Shown here: positions 61,419-64,000 of the stretch, one piece after another
Layout of the letters: every line of letters starts with the position of its first letter
Position numbering within the stretch: position 1 is the stretch's first letter
Position numbers and translations under genes: made by a program
Assembly: GCA_964541815.1 (NCBI GenBank)
Contig: CAZIRI010000003.1
Location: 156 to 64,155, forward strand
DNA: 64,000 bases
Source: an uncultured Lachnospiraceae bacterium
Lineage (GTDB): Bacteria; Bacillota; Clostridia; Christensenellales; UBA1242
Direction: 5' to 3'
The notes under the pieces: model-generated
What the model was told of the DNA's origin: nothing
Databases searched by the model: none
Seen by the model: only the letters and a program-made list of their open reading frames with translations

Positions 61419-62140
61419 TGAATTTGGATAAAAAAGAAAAGATTGAAGATTTGCAATGCGATAATTTGAAAATTATACAAAATTCATCGCTTTACACATT
61501 CACATCTGACAGCGTGATTTTGGCAAATTATATCAAAACAAAAAGGGGTGATATTGTTGTTGAAATTGGTGGCGGATGCGGAGTTATTTCCATTCTTGTG
61601 CAAGCGAAACATCCGCAAGCACGAATTTTTATCTTTGAAATTCAAGAAAAAATGCAAGAATTATGCAAAAAAAACATAAAATTAAACAAATTGCAAGATA
61701 AAATTTATTTAATTCCTGATGATGTGAAAAAATTTGAGCAATATCTTTTGGTCGGTTCGATTGATGTTGTCTATGCAAATCCCCCTTACTTTAAGGTGAC
61801 AAAGTTTGACCAAAAAGATGTCAAAAAGAATGCGAAAGAAGAAGTCTTTTTGAATGCAAATGACTTGATTTTGACCGCAAGCAAAATGTTGAGATTTGGC
61901 GGGGCTTTTTATTGCTGTTATCCAGCGGAACGCTCCACTGAAATTGTTTGTTTGTGTCAAAAATACAACATGGCGATAAAGGAAATGTTCTACACCGAAA
62001 ATGGCAAGGGGCAAGTGAAGTTGTTTGTTTTCAAGGCAGTTAAGGGCGGGAAAAGTGGTGTAAAAGTCTTTCCAAATCTCGTCACGAATGACAAAAACGG
62101 GGATTATTTGGAGAAATTGCACACAAAAAATTTTTTGTAG
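61418..62140 (+). CDS. SAM-dependent N6-adenine methyltransferase (YabB/TrmN6-like)
   Basis: 240 aa. The SAM motif is VEIGGGCGVISI and the catalytic motif is NPPYF. Its position after ricT matches Bacillus yabB. Confidence 0.7.
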   Translation: MNLDKKEKIEDLQCDNLKIIQNSSLYTFTSDSVILANYIKTKRGDIVVEIGGGCGVISILVQAKHPQARIFIFEIQEKMQELCKKNIKLNKLQDKIYLIPDDVKKFEQYLLVGSIDVVYANPPYFKVTKFDQKDVKKNAKEEVFLNANDLILTASKMLRFGGAFYCCYPAERSTEIVCLCQKYNMAIKEMFYTENGKGQVKLFVFKAVKGGKSGVKVFPNLVTNDKNGDYLEKLHTKNFL

Positions 62141-62142
62141 AC

Positions 62143-62649
62143 TCACATAATTTTGCAAAGTAGGCATGCAATTATCGTGCCAACAAATGAGCAGAAAAGA
62201 GCGACAGGAATTGCATAAAGCAATTTCTTTATTTTTGTTTGAGAGATGTAGATTGTTGCGACATAAAAAATCGTTTCACTGCAACCCATTATCACACTTG
62301 CACAACGGGATATATAACTGTCCGCACCATATTGAGTGAAAATGTCTTGCAAAATCGCATAACTTCCACTGCCCGTGAATGGGCGGAGAAAAACAAGTTC
62401 GCATAGTTCTGGCGGGATTCCGCAAAAGGTGAAAATTGGAGAAAGTAAGGTTGAAACAAAAGTTGTTATTCCGCTTGCTCGCAAAAGAGCAACAGCAATC
62501 ATTATTGATGCGATATATGGGAAAATGTCAACAACAAGTTGTATTGCTCCCTTTGCACCTTTGACAAATGTGTTGTATGCATTCACTTTTTTGATTGATG
62601 TGTATATAAATAGAAACAAAAACAATATTGGAAGAATGTAGACACTCAT
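62143..62649 (-). CDS. spmB: Spore maturation protein B
   Basis: I chose the ATG at 62649 (MSVYILPILFLFLFIYT...), which overlaps the spmA stop (ATGA). Polytopic nucleoside-recognition-type membrane protein. Confidence 0.7.
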   Translation of the reverse strand: MSVYILPILFLFLFIYTSIKKVNAYNTFVKGAKGAIQLVVDIFPYIASIMIAVALLRASGITTFVSTLLSPIFTFCGIPPELCELVFLRPFTGSGSYAILQDIFTQYGADSYISRCASVIMGCSETIFYVATIYISQTKIKKLLYAIPVALFCSFVGTIIACLLCKIM

Positions 62650-63221
62650 TTTTTCTTTCTCGCTTTTGATTTGAGAGTGTCTATCAAGTGAACAAGGAAA
62701 ATTCCTAGCAGTGTTGTGCATAGGGTGGAAATAAGGGTTGGAAAGATTATGTCGGCGGGAGATAATGAGCCTGCACTTGCACGCAAACCTATCACAGTTG
62801 TTGGCAAAAGTTGAATGGAGGTTGCATTTATCACAATGAGCATTATAATCGCAAAATTTGCCTTTCCGCTTTTGTCATCAAGCGATTGCACCGCTTTGAT
62901 TCCCATTGGAGTTGAAGCGTTGCCCAGTCCCAAAATGTTTGCGGAGAGATTCATTGCGATGTATTTTTGCGATTCACGATTTTCAACTTTGAAAATTTTT
63001 TGAATAAGCGGACGCAAAAGTCTTGAAAGTTTTTCACTCAATCCGCTTGCCTCAACAAGTTCCATAATCCCAAGCCACACAGCATAAATTGCACAAAGTT
63101 CGATGCAAAGTTTGACGGTGTCAGTGGATGCATCAATCATATGCGACAGCATGGCACTGGGAGAAGTGAAAAGCAAAACGAAAATGCTTGAAATCATCAT
63201 AATCAGCCAAAAAATATTCAT
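62646..63221 (-). CDS. spmA: Spore maturation protein A
   Basis: 191 aa. MNIFWLIMMISSIFVLLF...GLGNASTPMGIKAVQSL is typical of SpmA. Paired with spmB. Confidence 0.75.
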   Translation of the reverse strand: MNIFWLIMMISSIFVLLFTSPSAMLSHMIDASTDTVKLCIELCAIYAVWLGIMELVEASGLSEKLSRLLRPLIQKIFKVENRESQKYIAMNLSANILGLGNASTPMGIKAVQSLDDKSGKANFAIIMLIVINATSIQLLPTTVIGLRASAGSLSPADIIFPTLISTLCTTLLGIFLVHLIDTLKSKARKKK

Positions 63222-63287
63222 ATTTATTTGTATGCATAAATTTTCCTAAAATAGACAAATTTTGATTGAGATATTGTTTGTATATGC

Positions 63288-63316
63288 TTGCATAAAAATT
63301 TGAGATGTTGTATAAT
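63288..63316 (+). promoter_or_regulatory. Promoter of the BaxI_1-family gene
   Basis: TTGCAT (63288-63293), a 17-nt spacer, then TGtTATAAT, an extended -10 (-10 hexamer at 63311-63316). Confidence 0.55.
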
Positions 63317-63338
63317 ATGTGAATTAAAGGAGATTGAT

Positions 63339-64000
63339 ATGGAAAATAATGCTGGAAGATTCACAAATCCAGTTGTGTCCCATGTTTTGAAAGAGAGCGG
63401 AGCAAGCGAAACTTGTGTTTCATACAAATCAGTTTTCAAAAAGACAATGCTTTTTCTCTTGTCATCCGTTTTGGGAGTGATTGCATTTGTCGTTTTGCAT
63501 TGCTTGATTGGTTCGACACAAACTATCGGTGGCACATTTGTTTGTAGCACGGCAGAGATTGCAATTGCATCAATTGCATCAGTTTTGGCGGTCGTCATGT
63601 CGTTTGTTGCAAGTTGGGTGAAATCCGCAAGCGGTGTGTGTGGCACAATTTGCTGTGTAAGTTATGGAATATTGTTGGGATTTTTGGCAGTTTCAATGCC
63701 AGAAGTGCAAGGGATAATGTTGCTTGCTTTGGTGTTCACAATTGCGGTTGTCGCTGTCATGGCAGTGTTGTATTATTCGGGACTTGTCAAAGTGACTCAA
63801 AAATTGAGAACATTTGTCACTGTCGCTGTCTTTTCAATGCTCATTGGCTCACTTTTGTTCTTTTTGTGTTGCCTTATCCCTGCATTTCACAACGCAGTCA
63901 CATGGTTCTACAAAAACACAGCATTGAGCATCATTTGTGCGATTTTGGGTGTTGCATTGGGCGTGCTTTTCCTTATGTGCGACTTTGACTCAATCGCAAA
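63339..64000 (+). CDS. Bax inhibitor-1-like (BaxI_1 family) membrane protein; 3' end runs off the window
   Basis: My own translation gives MENNAGRFTNPVVSHVLKE...VTQKLRTFVTVAVFSMLIG...LFLMCDFDSIA. SD AAGGAG lies 6 nt upstream. About 6 TM helices. The N-terminal (S/T)NPV and C-terminal DFD-x-I motifs fit the family. This ORF is not in the supplied track because it has no stop in the window. Confidence 0.7.
   Translation, partial: MENNAGRFTNPVVSHVLKESGASETCVSYKSVFKKTMLFLLSSVLGVIAFVVLHCLIGSTQTIGGTFVCSTAEIAIASIASVLAVVMSFVASWVKSASGVCGTICCVSYGILLGFLAVSMPEVQGIMLLALVFTIAVVAVMAVLYYSGLVKVTQKLRTFVTVAVFSMLIGSLLFFLCCLIPAFHNAVTWFYKNTALSIICAILGVALGVLFLMCDFDSIA

Noticed and set aside
62650-62721. Longer SpmB start (MHNTARNFPCSLDRHSQIKSEKEK...)
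   Set aside because: The extension overlaps the 3' end of spmA by 76 nt and is hydrophilic. The ATG at 62649 gives the ATGA stop/start overlap and begins directly with the first TM helix.
63224-63988. ORFs 63224-63646 (-) and 63614-63988 (+) from the track
   Set aside because: Both are overlapped by the frame starting at 63339. That frame has an SD and a promoter and encodes a coherent 6-TM BaxI_1-like protein. The track ORFs have no recognisable features.
1-64000. Alternative genetic code (UGA as a sense codon), considered because of the low GC content and giant ORFs
   Set aside because: TGA terminates several well-defined genes at the expected protein ends (e.g. 2199-2201, 2621-2623, 32626-28, 62646-48), and Trp is encoded by TGG throughout. 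The code is standard.
1-64000. CRISPR arrays, transposases, integrases, prophage or rRNA genes
   Set aside because: No regularly spaced direct repeats were found, no IS-like terminal inverted repeats, and no recombinase or transposase motifs in any ORF. The only stable-RNA gene recognised is tRNA-Ala.

Overview
This is an AT-rich chromosomal segment that uses the standard genetic code (TGA ends several well-supported genes). It most likely comes from an endospore-forming Firmicute. Supporting synteny: yabP-yabQ-divIC-like, spmA-spmB, and holB-ricT(yaaT)-methyltransferase. Housekeeping genes: tRNA-Ala(UGC), typA, dnaB, gltX, trpS, uppP, holB, an RluA-family pseudouridine synthase, cvpA, a P-type Ca2+/cation ATPase and a heterodimeric ABC exporter. 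About 30 kb of the 64 kb encodes two giant surface proteins: a lipoprotein of about 3,985 aa and a C-terminally membrane-anchored protein of 6,036 aa. Both carry GLUG-type beta-helix modules and Ig/FN3-like repeats. The most unusual region is a tightly packed 7-gene operon at 1368-9177. Its genes, in order: (1) an SPFH/Band-7 protein with a double zinc ribbon (YdjI/COG4260-like); (2) a small membrane protein; (3) a TPR-like protein; (4, 5) two CHMP2/CHMP3-like ESCRT-III (Snf7-family) proteins; (6) a Vps4-like MIT-AAA+ ATPase; (7) a 1,273-aa protein with a cytosolic Zn-ribbon/TPR part, 3 TM helices and an extracellular GLUG domain. I interpret this as a bacterial ESCRT-III/Vps4-type membrane-remodelling module rather than the usual PspA/Vipp1 type. 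A second notable item is a 12-codon leader ORF with two Trp codons (MFSPFKSWRWQI), followed by alternative hairpins and an intrinsic terminator, upstream of trpS. A Firmicute would normally have a T-box there. I saw no CRISPR arrays, rRNA genes, transposases or integrases. All homology calls are by-eye motif recognition, not database searches.
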